A stretch of 64,000 bases of DNA, taken from positions 306,466,001 through 306,530,000 of the forward strand of contig OZ024742.1 of the NCBI GenBank assembly GCA_964016885.1. The letters run 5' to 3'. This document shows, piece by piece, positions 44,573-59,150 of this stretch (positions are counted from its first letter, which is position 1; every line of letters begins with the position of its first letter). The stretch comes from Eledone cirrhosa. Lineage: Eukaryota. A program made the position numbers and the translations under genes. Under the pieces are notes generated by a model. It worked only from the letters and a program-made list of their open reading frames with translations. It searched no databases and was not told the origin of the DNA.

Positions 44573-44870
44573 ACTATACATAGATTCATATATATATAAA
44601 CAAGAGGTATAAGTCAACATTTCATAATTTACTTCTTTCTTTACCGTTATATATATTTCGGTGATAGCCACAATTCAACAGCTATGACTCCTTGAGACAG
44701 TTAAAAGCAACACATAGAAAACAAAAAACTTTGTTTTTCTTGGAGAAAAAAAAATAGTATCACAGAAAAGTAAAGTTTTTAACAGTTATTTTTACTTTCT
44801 TATATTGTCAGTTGTTGATTGTTTATAAATTTGCTCCTGAGTTAACTGACGCTCTTGTGGACTTCCTTGA

Positions 44871-44946
44871 AGCAGACAGTATTATTGATTTAGGTGTCAC
44901 AGAAACCGTTTTGGATTTTACTATTAATTCTACGCGTCCAGGTTAG

Positions 44947-44993
<47 letters not shown>

Positions 44994-46778
44994 TAGAATT
45001 TTGTCATTTATTTTGTCTGACCTGTTTAGCTTAACTTATTTTGGGGCTTAGGTTGTTAATGCCCTCTTGACCGCCTTCTCAGCTTGTATGGCGTTTATAA
45101 CCTATGTTTATAGCTCTGGGTTTTTTTACCATAGGAGCGGTTGCCAGCATGACTCTAAATTTGCGTTACGTTCCGCTTTTTCTACCCGCCGAAATGTGAT
45201 TCTCGCTAAATTTATATCTGTATTAATCTCCCGAGTCTTACAATTAACCTGTTAATAATCTATTGACAGATTAATTGTAAAAGTTTATTTTAAAACTACC
45301 CAGTTGAATGCTTATTCGATTTGTGCTATTTATGCAATTTTTGCATGATTTACACATACTGAATTCATTTGCCAAATTCTGTGGGGCTTTTCCCCTTGTG
45401 AGTTACACATGTGCTTTTACAAAACACTACGTCATTCACAACACTGGCGCAGAACAAAATACCTGTTGATAACGTGATATTCCTCGCTGGATCATTATAC
45501 CAAAAGCTTATGGCTTTAAGCAGACAGTATTATTAATTTAGGTGTCACAGAAACCCGCTTTGGATTTTACCATCAATTCTAGGGGTCCAGGTTAGTTATC
45601 CATCCTGATGCTGAGGAGGATATTAGAGGGAGCTAGAGCAAAGTGCCTTCCTGCGGTCATGGTTTTCATTGACTTTAGGAAGGTCTTTGATTCTGTGGAC
45701 CGTCACTGCCTGATGAAGATATTACAGGCTTATGGAATCCCCAAGAAGATAGTGGACCTGATATCACTTCTCTACACCAACACCAAAGCCCAAGTCATTA
45801 CACCTGATGGGATGACAAAGTTCTTTGAGATACTGGCTGGAGTGCTCCAGGGAGATACATTGGCTCCCTACCTTTTTATCATCGTAGTGGACTATTGTAT
45901 GCGCCTTGCACTGGAGAAACACCAGGACTCTGGCTTTACTGTAGCACCGGCTCAGAGCAGGAGAGTTAAGGCGAAAAAGGTATCAGATGCTGAATTTGCC
46001 GACGACATAGTTTTGGTGACAAATACAGTGAAGGAGGCAGAGGATTTGATGCGGGAGGTTGAGACTGTGTCGATGAGTATGGGGCTGAGAATGAATGAGA
46101 CTAAAACAAAATATCTGGTAGAGAATGTTGAGAAGCCAGGGGGGATCACTAATGTAGGCGGAAAGCCACTAGAATTGGTTGAGGGCTTCCTGTATTTGGG
46201 ATCAAAGATTGGGAATACGGAAGATGATGTGGTTGAGAGGAAGAGCAAAGCCTGAGCGGCGTGCCACAGCGTGAGATCGGTGTGGAAGTCGGACCTTAGT
46301 ATAGACCTGAAAATCCGCCTCTTCATTGCTGTAGTGGAGTCTGTGCTGCTGTACGGGTCTGAGACTTGGACAGTGACCAAGAAACTCACTCAGATGGTGG
46401 ATGGGTGCTACACGAGAATGCTGAGGATGGCTCTGAACATTAATCAGTATACACTGAGGATGAAAAACTCAGAGCTATATGGGAGCCTCCCAAAAGTCAG
46501 CTCAAAAGTGACACAGAGGAGACTGAGGTTAGCTGGACATTCTCACCGACATCCAGAGTTAACATTGCACTCAGTGCTCCTGTGGGAGCCCCTACATGGA
46601 CACACTGGAAGAGGAAGACCAAGGTTAACGTATGTTGATGCCCTAAGGACAGACACTGGTCTGTTGGAGACGCAGGCATGGCAACAATAATGAGGGACAG
46701 AGACCGCTGGAGAGAACTCGTCCATGGATCTCGGGAATTTTACCCGCCCTAGATATAGATAGATAGGTTAGTTATATA

Positions 46779-46814
<36 letters not shown>

Positions 46815-47025
46815 ATTTTGTCATTTATTTGTCTGACCTGTTTAGCTTGACTTGTTTTTTGGCTTTGGTGGTTAATGCCTTCTTGACCGACTTCTCCGTT
46901 TGTATGTCGTTTATAACCTATGTTTATAGCTCTGTTTTTTTAGTCATAGGAGCGCTTGCCAGCATGACTCTGAATTTGCGATACGTTTCACTTTTTATAC
47001 CCGCCGAAATGCGATTCTCGCTAAT
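44871..47025. repeat. Diverged ~650-bp tandem duplication whose second copy is split by a LINE
   Basis: AAGCAGACAGTATTATT.ATTTAGGTGTCACAGAAACC at 44871 and 45518; 44995-45210 matches 46810-47025. Confidence 0.75.
45600..46764 (+). mobile_element. 5'-truncated RTE-group LINE (RT 3' part) with 11-bp target-site duplication
   Basis: FIDFRKVFD, GVLQGDTLAPYLF, EFADD, LLYGSETW, LRLAGH, GRGRP, with one in-frame stop. (AGAT)n tail; AGGTTAGTTAT at 45589-45599 and 46765-46775. Confidence 0.92.
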
Positions 47026-47046
47026 TACCTATGTTAGAAATCGATG

Positions 47047-47092
<46 letters not shown>

Positions 47093-47098
47093 TGTATA

Positions 47099-47171
<73 letters not shown>

Positions 47172-47340
47172 GACTATATATATAAATATATATATATTAA
47201 TGCGTAAAAATGTCCGTGATCTCCAGCAGACAACTGATGAGGGGAAATATCACCCGTTCGTGTTTTCCTCTTATTGATAAATACACTTTATCCAGCAACC
47301 ACACAGCCCCTGTTTCTTCAAAAACTTATATATATATATA

Positions 47341-47389
<49 letters not shown>

Positions 47390-48912
47390 AATTTGAAATA
47401 GAAGCCAGGACTATCCCTCATCAGTGGTCTACTAGCCATCATAGGTATTTCTTCGCATTACAGACCATATACCTCCGGCTAGGGCAATACAATAACTAAA
47501 TTAATTTATTGGGATAAAAAGAGTTGGGTGGAGAAAGAGAGACAGGTAAACAAACACGAATGGTGAGGCAACGTAAAGAGAGGAAAACATGAGAAAATCA
47601 AGTCAATGATTCATTTTGAACATAAGAACGGGCGAATATTGACGAGGAGGCCGTGCGAATGTGACCGAGGAAAGATTTTCGTACGGTGTTGGACGATGGA
47701 GGAAGTGAGAGAGAGGGTGAGTAGCAGAAGGGGTGAATGAAAGAGAAGGAGAGTGAAGGGGGAGAGAGAAAGTGGATAGCAGTAAGGGACGAGAAAAAGA
47801 CAGGTTATAGCGAAGGGTAAAACATATATGAATGAAAAATGGCGAGCTGTGTTGTTGCAAATATGATATATATAATAAAGAATTAGAAATAGAAGCCAGG
47901 ACTATCCAAAGGAAGCAGATGGACCATAACGCACCAGAGTACTCAATACTTAGGGTAGTAGAGTGGGTAACAGCAAACTTTTTAACCCCGAAGGCAGAGC
48001 TCAAGCCGTATATATATATATATACGATTGCTGAAATTGAAGCGATTTAATGTGCGGCGGTACGATGGAATTGAGACTTCGCAGGTATGAAGCATAAACA
48101 CTAAGCTAGAAGGGAGCGCTCAGCTTCTGGGGTGTGTACGTGGTGTAAAAACATTGGCTTTTGCACGGTCAGTGGTGTGAGAGACGTCGTGGTGGACTGA
48201 TGGGAGGAGGGTTGTCTAAAGGGATAATGGATTAACGCCTGGAGGTGCGGTGGGGTGTGTAGGGATGACAAAGGAAGAGAAGACTGAGTCAAATTCCTGT
48301 TTTTTGGTGGACTTGGGGAAATTGAGAAAGGGGTGAACGAAAGGCCTGTGGACAAAAGAAGAATGTAGACTTTGATGAAATCGCCGTCAAGAGAGCGATC
48401 GGATAGGCGAGAGAGCAGAGGGTCAGCTGTAGGTGATAGTTGAAGAAGTTGGTAATGATGGTTTAGAGGATAGTGCAAAATATAATGTGGGCGTGAAAGT
48501 GAAGGCGGAAAACTCAAGAAATGAAGTTGTTGATGATGCATTGGCTAAAAAATGTCAGTTGATATAGTAACGTGTTTTCGTGAAGAGGTGTTGCGTAAAT
48601 GAAGGAAATGGGCGCGGGAGGCGTTTTGAGTGTGAAATGGACTTCGTGGATGAGTGGCTTGAGATTGGACATGATGGAAGAGTGGGTGTAAGGACAGAAT
48701 GGGGAAAATATAGGAGGATAAACGGAATTAAGGTGAAGAAGAGCAGTAACGTCGTGGAGAGAAGGAAGAAAACACATGGGTGAAAAGTAAAGGAATATGA
48801 GGAAAGGATATGGTAATAGAACAGAAGACAAAGGTGGAGGTGAGAAAAGTAAAAATCAGTGAGACTAGTCTGGAATAGGAATCGAACGAATTCAGAGAAT
48901 CCATGTAACCGT

Positions 48913-48915
<3 letters not shown>
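47390..48915 (-). mobile_element. Highly decayed Penelope-like 5' region and terminal repeat
   Basis: Minus-strand remnants NLT....LLLSTGLSFTP and DPLLSRL resemble PLE N-terminal regions. The terminal block is homologous to 42560-43120. Confidence 0.45.
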
Positions 48916-48959
<44 letters not shown>

Positions 48960-49043
48960 AATAAATATTTGCTCTACGGTTCTTATATATTTGATATATA
49001 CTTATCCTTATCATTGGATTTTAGTCTTCAAATTTATTATTAT

Positions 49044-49178
<135 letters not shown>

Positions 49179-49224
49179 ATTAACAATATTATAACTAGAA
49201 AATATCTTTACAAAACCATATTTA

Positions 49225-49280
49225 TTTTATTATACGTATTTCAAGGGTACTAACATTTTAGTATGTTTCGTCAGATAAAA
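49225..49280 (-). ncRNA. Type I minimal hammerhead motif
   Basis: TTTTAT-CTGACGA-(TACTAA/TTAGTA stem II, poorly paired at its base)-GAAA-TACGTA-TA-ATAAAA. Confidence 0.55.
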
Positions 49281-49559
49281 TATGATATTAGGTGTTAAAA
49301 TAGTGTGATCTTAATGGTAAAAGCCCATTAATGATATTCCAGATAAAAATTGTAGAGTTCTTCTAAACTGTTGTAAAATTAACTTTGTTGAATAATAAAC
49401 AAACCATATAACTCCTTATTTATATATATCAAAAGTATGTATTGAGTTAGAAACTCAAAATAGTCTCATTACAGTAAATGAGCTCTAGGAAAAAGATTTT
49501 TCCGAGCCGTATATATAACTGAACAAAAAGGAAAAACGAACACAGACATATATATATAT

Positions 49560-49867
49560 ATATTAAAATACAAATATTAATAAAATAGATGTTCTTTTGA
49601 TCAATTAAATTGTATTATACATATTTCAAAGGTACAACAGTACGTCCTCATCAGACAAAATATAATGATACATGACATACCCTGAGATGTTAAATGGTTA
49701 AGATTTAATCTACCTTGATTAAATCTTAACTATTTAACATCTCAGGGTATGTCATGTATCATTATATTTTGTCTGATGAGGACGTACTGTTGTACCTTTG
49801 AAATATGTATAATACAATTTAATTGATCAAAAGAACATCTATTTTATTAATATTTGTATTTTAATAT
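49560..49867. repeat. Near-perfect 308-bp palindrome (~151-bp arms, 6-nt loop), each arm with a hammerhead-like motif
   Basis: Arms match with one visible mismatch around the loop TACCTT (49711-49716). CTGATGA-GGACGTAC tgtt GTACCTTT-GAAA-TATGTA-TA at ~49773-49811. Confidence 0.88.
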
Positions 49868-49960
49868 TAATAACTCTGGAAACATATTTTACTGTAGAAT
49901 GCTTCCAATCTACTGTAAAACTCATTCTTTGATGTACTCATTGAATCTTGTTTAACTCTT

Positions 49961-49998
<38 letters not shown>

Positions 49999-50404
49999 TC
50001 AAATCGTAATGGACCAAAATCGCTAAGGTGAAAAAAATACTAACTACAGACAACAGGGTTTGCTAGACTCAATTTAAGAATAAATTAGGAAAAATAAATA
50101 CAAACCAGTATTGTGGTAACTACCATCACCCAGACGGTCTTTGATAGAACCGTTTCGCAATATTATTTGTGAAGAAGTATACCAAATTCCAGGCTTTTTT
50201 TCCTTGTTCAGTTATAGTTATATATATATATGTGTGCGCGCGCGCCCGCGCGCGTGTGTGTGTGTGTGTGTGTGTGCGTGTATCTGTGTGTGTGTGTGTG
50301 TGCATGCGTATGAGAAACGTCAACGAGAAAATGACGTTACAGTACAACGATGATATATGCTTGGTATATATATATATATTTATATATACAGACACGCACG
50401 CCCG

Positions 50405-50440
<36 letters not shown>

Positions 50441-53361
50441 CACAAATGCGCGATAACCTGGATCTATATGTCCGATTGGGATCGCTGTGGTTTCAGCTTA
50501 TCTCACATTTGTAAAACGTCCCTAGAGAAATGAACATAATTTGAACTACGTGTTATATTACAATATAACCGCGATCATACAATACTGCATAAATCTCGTG
50601 AAGGCCATGAAAACCAGCATAACGACGGAGACGTGTAAGAGGTATATAATGTTGTTACGTAATCTGTTTTTTCTCATTGCTGTATATAAATATATATATA
50701 TATCTCAGATGTGAGAAAAACCACAGACCCTCCATCTCAACTCACCTTTTGAAAAGCAGAAGAACTGCGAAACCGGTAAAGGAACGAAATAAATATATAT
50801 ATTTTAAAAAAAAATAAGACTCCAGTTGCATTTTCGATTTCATCTCTTTTTCTTTATATATATATATATACATATGTGTGTGTGTTTGTTTGTGTGTTTG
50901 TGTGTGTGCGTTGTTGTGTATGCGTGTGTGTGTATATAACAAAGTTGCACATACACACTAAAAAAAGAGAATCTTGGGGCAAATAAGGAAAAAATATCCC
51001 CCTCCTCGTGGGCCACTCTCAGAAATACAATTTGGTGCATATATATGTATCCATCCAGTTTTATTCGGTTCACAGACTTCGATTATGAGACATTTTTTAA
51101 ACATATTCTGTCTAGAATCTGCGTAGATGGTCTCTACGATTATAGATATTTGCCCATCTCATATATTTCTTAATCACCTCCTTTTCTCGTTTCTGTACGA
51201 GGATTTCTGTTTTTGATGTTTTCCCTAATTATGTATTTATTCAATTTTTCCATATAATTCTGGTAAACATTACAGTCTAACAAATAATGTTTCTAGTTCA
51301 ATGTTGTTACCTATAGAACCATTTTTGTTATCGTGTCAACTGATGTATATAGTAATTTATTCAAATATTCATTTCTTAATATTTAATTGCTGTTATCACC
51401 AATGTTATCACGTAATCTTTTGACCTTTTCAGGGAGTATGTTTTTGATATCTGTCTCCGCCAAAAAAGAAAGCATCTTCATGGTCAGTCGGCCAGCTAGA
51501 TATTTCAGCCACAACTCCTTCAAATTACACTCATGTTAGAGTGCTACATGCTTCGTGATATGAAAAATAAAACAGTCTGGTCAAAGATATCTGTGGTTAA
51601 ATTAATACATGTATTTAATTTCTTTGCTTTCCACAAAACGCAAGGGTTTACTTACTCTGTGCATAATTGACAATAGCAAGTTTTATCTCGTAACAACTTT
51701 GAAATATTTCTTGTTTGTTATTTATTATTACCATTGTATATCGCTATGAATTCTGCAGCGGTGAGGCAGAGAATTGACCCATAAAGACAGAACGCTGACA
51801 AATTATGATTTATATTTTAGAAGCTAAAATCATGATTTATTGTTGTGCATGCGCATTTTATTTTAAAGGGCCGGATGGCTGACCATTTTAGGAACTTCCC
51901 AAACCGATGGTGTGATGCGATGGTATGTTAGCAAGATGAAGGAAACTGATTAAAGCAAACAAATTTTAATCCACAATAGTAACCACATGATGGATTAAGT
52001 CTACCAGCCAAGACCAGAAACGGACACTTGAGAGAGACAATACATAATCGCTCAGCCCATTTTCATTTACGTGATTACAGCCACAGTGAATCCAACATTA
52101 TGATAGTAGACACTTTCCCAATGTACCCTGTAGTGGATCACAACGAAACAATATCATAGAGCAAACTTCTTAACCACACGATTCTGCTTGTGTTTATATT
52201 CACTTTGAGTAGAGCTTAATATTACATAGGGATAATGTAATATACAATTCTTCTTTTGTTTTCCTTCATTCGAATAGAAAGAGAAAACGTTTTATTTATT
52301 TGAGATGTACATAAAAGTATGTGCTATTTACATTTTTCATAAGGGAACTGAATTACCTTCAATAAGCAAAGAAACGTGAGTCACAGGCTCGACTAGCTGG
52401 AAGCATATATCTAATGTATGAATCGTTAAACATTTATTTTAAACTCTCACACAAGGGAATGTGTATACTCGATTGAAACGCCTATATCAACCTTGTATGG
52501 ATAAAATACAAAGTGGATTCCACAGAGATTTGAACTAGGAACATACATGAACGTATTTAAATACTGCCAGGCATTTCGCTATCCCTTTAGATCACCACTT
52601 CTTATAGTATTATATTCCGAGTATTTTAATGTGTGTATTTATTTTACGTTTCTTTAGTCGGGATTAACCTTTGGCATTAACTTTATTTTTCTATCTTTCC
52701 TTCACGCTCTCTAAACCTTAAATTCACACCAAGTGTGTAAGTCAGCAATCAGCGCTGGAATAATTGCTTGCTTTGCAGTAATTGGCAAGCATACAGGCAA
52801 TAAGCTGCATATTGTGCATTCGAATGAAGACAGCAAATGGCTTTATTGATCTTGGAACTCGCCTGGGACAAATCTGGGATGTTGTTGTAGTTATTCTTAC
52901 ATTGTGCTTGCATGATTTTCTTCAGGTTACGATAATGCAACATTTCAGATGTTTGCAACAGAATTCTCTTCGTATGTCTAAAGTATTGTCCTCTGGGTGA
53001 AAAGCTAAAGAGTGTAACGATAGAACAAACTATAATTATGAGACGAAAGTATAGAGCGATGCTTCCTAATGATTCATTTTATATGAAAGCAGGATGTAAG
53101 TTTGTATTTCCCTTTCTTATATATCCCGCTGTGAGAATGTACAAATAAGAATGAAATAATTACTCTTTGCCAAAATTGTGTATAGGTGATTATCAGAAAT
53201 GTGAATTTTTATTAATTGTCATAATTAGTCAGAGACAGATAAGCACAAATGAGTATGTAAAGACAAACACACACATAGATGTCCTTCTGCAGGTACACAC
53301 ACATATAGGCAAATGAATTTAAATGCATGCACATTGATTTAACTATATAAATGTATGTATG

Positions 53362-53455
<94 letters not shown>

Positions 53456-54061
53456 TAGATAGAGAGAGAGAGAGAGAAAGCGAGAGAGAGATACACTCTT
53501 ATACAAACACACACACATACATAGATATATAAATATATATCATAATAATTGTTTCTGCATTTAGCATTAGGCCAGCAATGTGTACTTTGTATTATCGACC
53601 ACATGGGGTAAAGCTAACCTTGACGAGATTTAAACTCAAAACTTGAATGGACGTAAATATATACCGCAAAGCATGGTGTCCAACGCTTTACAGATAATGC
53701 TTATCCACCGCCGTGTATATATAATAATGGTTTCTGATTTATGCACAAGGCCAACAATTCTGGGTGTAAGGGAACATAGATTAACTTAACCTAAGAGCAT
53801 TATTGGTCTTTTATTATAACGGCTTCGGAAGAATGAAAGGCAAAGCTAACATCGGCGGGATTTAAACTCAGAACTTAAAGCAATGTAATTATATACCACA
53901 AAACCTGTTGTCTTACGTTCTACTGATAAGGCACATCAAGTGTCATGTTTATATCATAATAAAAACAAGTATCAACCACCAGGAAAATAATCATTTGATA
54001 TCTTGCTTCTTACATCTCTCTCTGTTTCACTCTCGCAACATTTACCTATTTGTATACCCGC

Positions 54062-54062
<1 letters not shown>

Positions 54063-54127
<65 letters not shown>

Positions 54128-54128
54128 G

Positions 54129-54166
<38 letters not shown>

Positions 54167-54190
54167 CGTCTATCTGTCTGTCTGTCTATC
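54063..54190. repeat. (TATC)n microsatellite
   Basis: Read directly from the sequence. Confidence 0.95.
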
Positions 54191-55490
54191 AGAGCCATTC
54201 CAAATCGTGCGTTCCATCCGTCAGGGAGGCCCTCTATCCTCCATTCTGTATGTACTGACTATGGAGCCGTTACTGCGGAAGTTGGAGCTGTTGCAGGGCA
54301 TCCCGCTCGAACCAGGACTGCGGAAAGCAGCGTCGGCCTATGCCGACGACATAACCGTAATGGTGTCGAAAACCTCGGAAATCGGGGTAATCGCAAAGGA
54401 ATACGAAATGTCGGTTTGCAACTCGGCACATGGAGAGGAAAACCCATGCCTTCCGACAGTGTCGTTGGACGCTGGACGGAAGGACCGGTGAAATTGCTCG
54501 GGGTCTGGTTTGGTCCAGACCTCCAGGTGGACAAGAACTGGAACGAGGTCACGGCGAAGGTGTTTGCACTCACCCAGAAGTGGGCTGAGTGCAAACTCTC
54601 CTTGAAAGGTCGAGCGGAGGTGTCGAACACTTACATAACGTCCGTCATCTACTACCGCTTGACAGTCGTGCCTTGCCCCCTGCGAATACCTTACCAAAAT
54701 GGGACGCCTACTCTTCAAGTTCCTCTGGAAGAAATAGGGTCCATTGGTGAGGAGATCCATCTGCTGTCAACGCCCTTCTAACGGAGGGCTGGGCATGCTG
54801 TGGCTGATGATGCGAAAACACACGCTGAGGCTACGCCATCTCCAGGTATTCCTAACCGGTGAACCAGTGTGGCTGTCGTTTGTGAGACAAGCTCTTCCAC
54901 AACTCATCTCACTAACAGAGCTGCAGTCCTGGGTCAAGGGAAGACCGAAAATGAGTGCCTACAGGCGCTCACAACCCTCTACCAAGCAGAAACGGCAATC
55001 AGCGGAAACTCCACTTCGACATTCTATATGGGATTAGTGGAGGATAAGTGCGACGATGTTCTCGGGGAAACTCTAGGCATGGAGGAGGACGAACTGACCA
55101 ATCTGTCCGGGAGGACTTTCCGTCCAGGGCCTATGGATAACTTCCAGAGGTCTCTGGCCTGGCAGTGCTACCGAGGAGCTCTACCAGTTCGAGACAAAAT
55201 CTACAGGCACGGACGCCCTGGCAGTGATCCGGCCAAAACGACCTGTCGAAGATGCGAGCAGGACATCGAAACCGTTCTGCACGCAATTGTTCAGTGCCCA
55301 TGGATGACCGACGTGTGGAATTATGTCGAACAGCTACTATCACGTGTGGGACGCATCCAGTTGTCAGCCGAGTCAATCGTGAGGATTACCCCGCCGCCTT
55401 CATTTAAGAACGAAGGAGAGGGGGTTGGTTTCTCTAAGTTTCAAGCCCTTAGAGGGCGAAAATTTACTTTCCAATCTCAAAATTGAAAAA
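54188..55490 (+). mobile_element. Tx1/L1-clade LINE 3' fragment (RT C-terminus + zinc-binding domain), frameshifted
   Basis: RSIRQGGPLSSILY, AYADD, VKLLGVWF, LSLKGRA, GGLG, CRRC...ETVLHAIVQC. Confidence 0.9.
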
Positions 55491-55699
55491 AAATACTATT
55501 TGTGAAAATGTTTAAATGGCTCAGAAATGCTGCCTTCTTTAAACGTTCTTGGTAAGGGGAGCTTAAAAGAAGACATTATATTATAGAAACGGTGCCTTTC
55601 ATCCTTACGGGGTCGATAAAATAAAGTACCAGTAATGCACTGGGTAAATACTGGCCTTGTGCCTAAAGTAGAAACAATTATATCATCTACTACCACCAC

Positions 55700-58600
55700 T
55701 TTCACCAATGCTGAAAGAACAACCGAAAAGAAAACAATTTTCTAGCCAAAAGAATGAAATGGAAAGTGGACTGCTTGCTTACTACCACAGCAGCCTTCTC
55801 CTCTGAAAATAGCAGTCAGCGACAAGGCAAATTCAACAATCCCAGCACAAAGAGAAGACATTCCTATGCCTGCTCACAGACAGCTGGACAGCTGACGTCA
55901 TGCCAAATGTTGCCATGGCAACACAAACAAACAAAAACAACACCAGCAACAACGAAGACACCAACAATAACAAGAACAACAAAAACAACAACTCCAGCAC
56001 AAACGAAAACAACCAAACACACGAAAAAAAAACGTTTGCAGAAATCCTTGCCAAAGAGACAGAGTTTTTAGAATTAGATCTGTCAAACCAAGCGCAGCAC
56101 CTAAAGGATTCTGCGCAACATATAACTTTCGAGGGGAACGGTTTTTGAATAAGTACCCCACCGGAAATTAGGGCAGCGCCCGTAAGAAAAACAATTTTCT
56201 TCCGGACTATCTGCTCACAAACCAAGAAACCCATGGCTCTAAGCAATAGCACGGTTGAAACCGCACTAAAGGAGGCAATACTAGACATTGCTTACCTCCA
56301 GAGGGCCAAGCAATACGGGAGCATATCGGTGCTCTTTAAAAGCAAGGCCCTCGTCCAGAGATATTCGGTGGCTCCAATTAGAACGAGCCAACACATCTTC
56401 TTCCTAACATACATGGGAAGAACCCATAAAATAAGGATCTCCCAGATCCCACCAAACACCAACATTTGGTGGATCCTGGATGGTTTTTTGGAGGAGGGTG
56501 AAGACAACCTCCTCTCTGTAAAAAAAAATCAATCCGGGAGAACTGGATGGGAACGTAAATGGAGCTCCTGGTCCAAATGAAACCGGAGAGGATTGAAAAA
56601 ATACCGGATAGGGTACCGGTGGATGACAAGGGGAAAAAACCCACAATGTTTCAAATGTTGAAAAAACACAAATTTAAAAGCATTTTGCCCAATGCTGGAT
56701 GTGTAAAAACAAAAGAATGCGTTGCTGCCAACCCCAAAAACTACAACAGACACACCCGAAAACAAAAAACACAACCCCCAAACATCAACATTCACCCAAC
56801 CATCACAAACCACAAAAGACACCACACCAAATATTCCCCTGAAGGACTCTGTCCCACCCCTTCTCCCTCTGTCTAACACTCCCACAAACACACACACACA
56901 CACACACATTCCACCACCACACAATATACCCCTCCCATATACCCACAATGATGACACCTCAGGCACGGGAACCTCTACATCTCCAAGTGAGGATAAAGAG
57001 GAACCCCAAAAATCCAAGAAGCAAATAAGACAGAAAAAATACAAAAAATAAACATCAACAGAAAACACGCACACACCCAACACTGACATAAACATACCGT
57101 TGCAAACGACAACCGCACCAACAACACAACCAGACACTTCACCAACAAAACAAACACCCTCACCACCACAATCACAAACCCAACCACAAAAAGAAAACTA
57201 CAAACAGAAACAGTACACATAAAAAACAAACACATTACACATTCATAAAAACAAGAAACAAAAAACTGGTGGAAACTGTCTGAAAGGACCCCACAATCCA
57301 AACGGAAGGGTAAACCTTCCCCACCAACGACCCACCCCAAACCTTAAACTAATCAGGGTAACAACCCTACAATACGAAACATTAAAAGGGGACTTCCCAC
57401 ATGATATGCCCCTCTCCCCTCTTGCCAAAAAAACCTTAACCGTGTCCTGCTAAAATGATTCCCTCCCTTCCCAAACACCCCCAATCTGGACATGGAGATC
57501 GAACAACCCGACATCCAGGAAATGAAAATGTAAGTGTTCCTGCCTTTTCTCTCCCCAACTCTTCTTCACGAACATGGCGACTATACAAATCGGATGTTTG
57601 AATGTACGTGGCCTGGGCACGCCCTGGAAACAGGGCCAGTTTTTAAATGATCTCAAGTCACACTGTATAGATGTGATAGCCATCACCGCGTCTAGGATCC
57701 ACGACAAGCAGCAGCTAACTCCAATGTTCGTTGATTTTGAGATCTATGCATCTCACTGTCAGCCGGATTTCAAACGTGGATTTCAAAGTACAGACGATTC
57801 ACTTGGACACGGAGGGCAGCCTGGTGGTGCTGGATATGAAAGGTAGTGAAGGTGGAGCTTTCAGACTGGTGTCCAACTGGAACATCGCGACCAGAGTTAT
57901 TCAAGCGTATGGAACCATCCCTGGGAACGTTTCACTCCTTAGTGTTAGCGTAGGACTGGAATTGCATCTTAGACGCACGTTGGGACAATGTAGGAGCTTG
58001 TGATATTAGAGTGGGGTGTAATAGCCTCAAACATCTCATCAGCCAATTCCAACTGGATGATAGATATCAACTAGACTTCCCAATTGCATCAATGTGGACG
58101 TGGAGCAACCTCACTGGGTCTTCTAGGTCGTATTTAGATGTATTTCTAATTAGACAGAATGATAAGGAATCCTTAAGCTGTCCACAAATGCACATGGTTG
58201 CCTATTCAGACCATACATTAGTCACCTGCATAGTCAACCTTGATAGAACACATAGCCAGGGACCCGGATACTGGAAGCTAAAGATGTCGCTCCCGGCGCC
58301 TAAGACCTACAGTAAACGGATTAACACCTTAGTTAAGAGCCAGTTGTTGGGAACCACGTCAACAGCAGGTTGTGGAGCTCTCTCAACAGAGCAATTTGAA
58401 TAGAATCGATAGCATTCCATACAAGGGAGTAGCTTTATAAAAAAACAAAACTGAAAAGGAACTGATAGCTAAAGTAGAAGAGGCACTTAGGAATGACAGT
58501 ACAGCTGACGTGCTAGCGGCGAGAATGGCACTAGACCAGTTCTTCAACATGAAACACGACGGTTGTATTGTCAAAAGTAGAACACGTGCTCTATGAAACG

Positions 58601-59150
58601 AGGGAGCCAAAGCTGTTAGCTGGGCCTGAGAGGCAGAGGCGAAATGTGGCTACAAATCCACAATTCGATCTTTGCAAGACAAAGATGGATGCATTCTACT
58701 TGAATCCAAGCAGATATGCACGGCCTTCCGCAGCGCTTTTCACAACTGTTCGAACAAAGCAGTACAACGAGCGAGGTGATGGACTTCAGTTCCTACTCCG
58801 ACGGCCTACCACGAGTCTCGAGCATGAATGCAGAGAGCAGCGAAAGGCCGATCACAGCGTGCGAAATACATGATGCCCTAGGCTGGTGTGGGAAACGCAA
58901 ATCACCTGGTTTAGATGGTCGACCCTATGAGTTTTACATAGGCATGCCAGACTCAGGAGGATTACCAGTTCTGTAGGCAGAGGCGTAGTAACGCTGATCA
59001 GGAAAGATGAGTACAAGAGGCATGAGATAAGCAATTTCAGGCCCATAAGTCTGCTCAACACAGAGTTATAGATTTTGGCCAAGGTGTTAGCAACGAGGCT
59101 GGCGCTTGTCGTCGAGAACATGTTAGGGGAAGCGCAAACGTGTGTAATCC
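55700..59150 (+). mobile_element. Decayed Tx1/L1-clade LINE: ORF1 remnant + endonuclease + RT N-terminus
   Basis: ORF2 begins MATIQIGCLNVRGL (57574); SRSYLD, SDH, GPGYWKL, KSPGLDG, NFRPISLLN, ILAKVLA. The ORF1 region is homologous to the minus-strand copy (PNTNIWWIL, MKPERI). Confidence 0.88.

Noticed and set aside
42581-47460. CTGATGA motifs in the 42.6, 43.1, 47.2 and 47.4 kb repeats as hammerheads
   Set aside because: I could not find a correctly placed GAAA, stem III and stem I partner.
52749-53000. Possible host exon in unique sequence
   Set aside because: Open frames exist on both strands and there is a plausible acceptor on -, but no recognisable protein motif. RNA-seq or homology would be needed.
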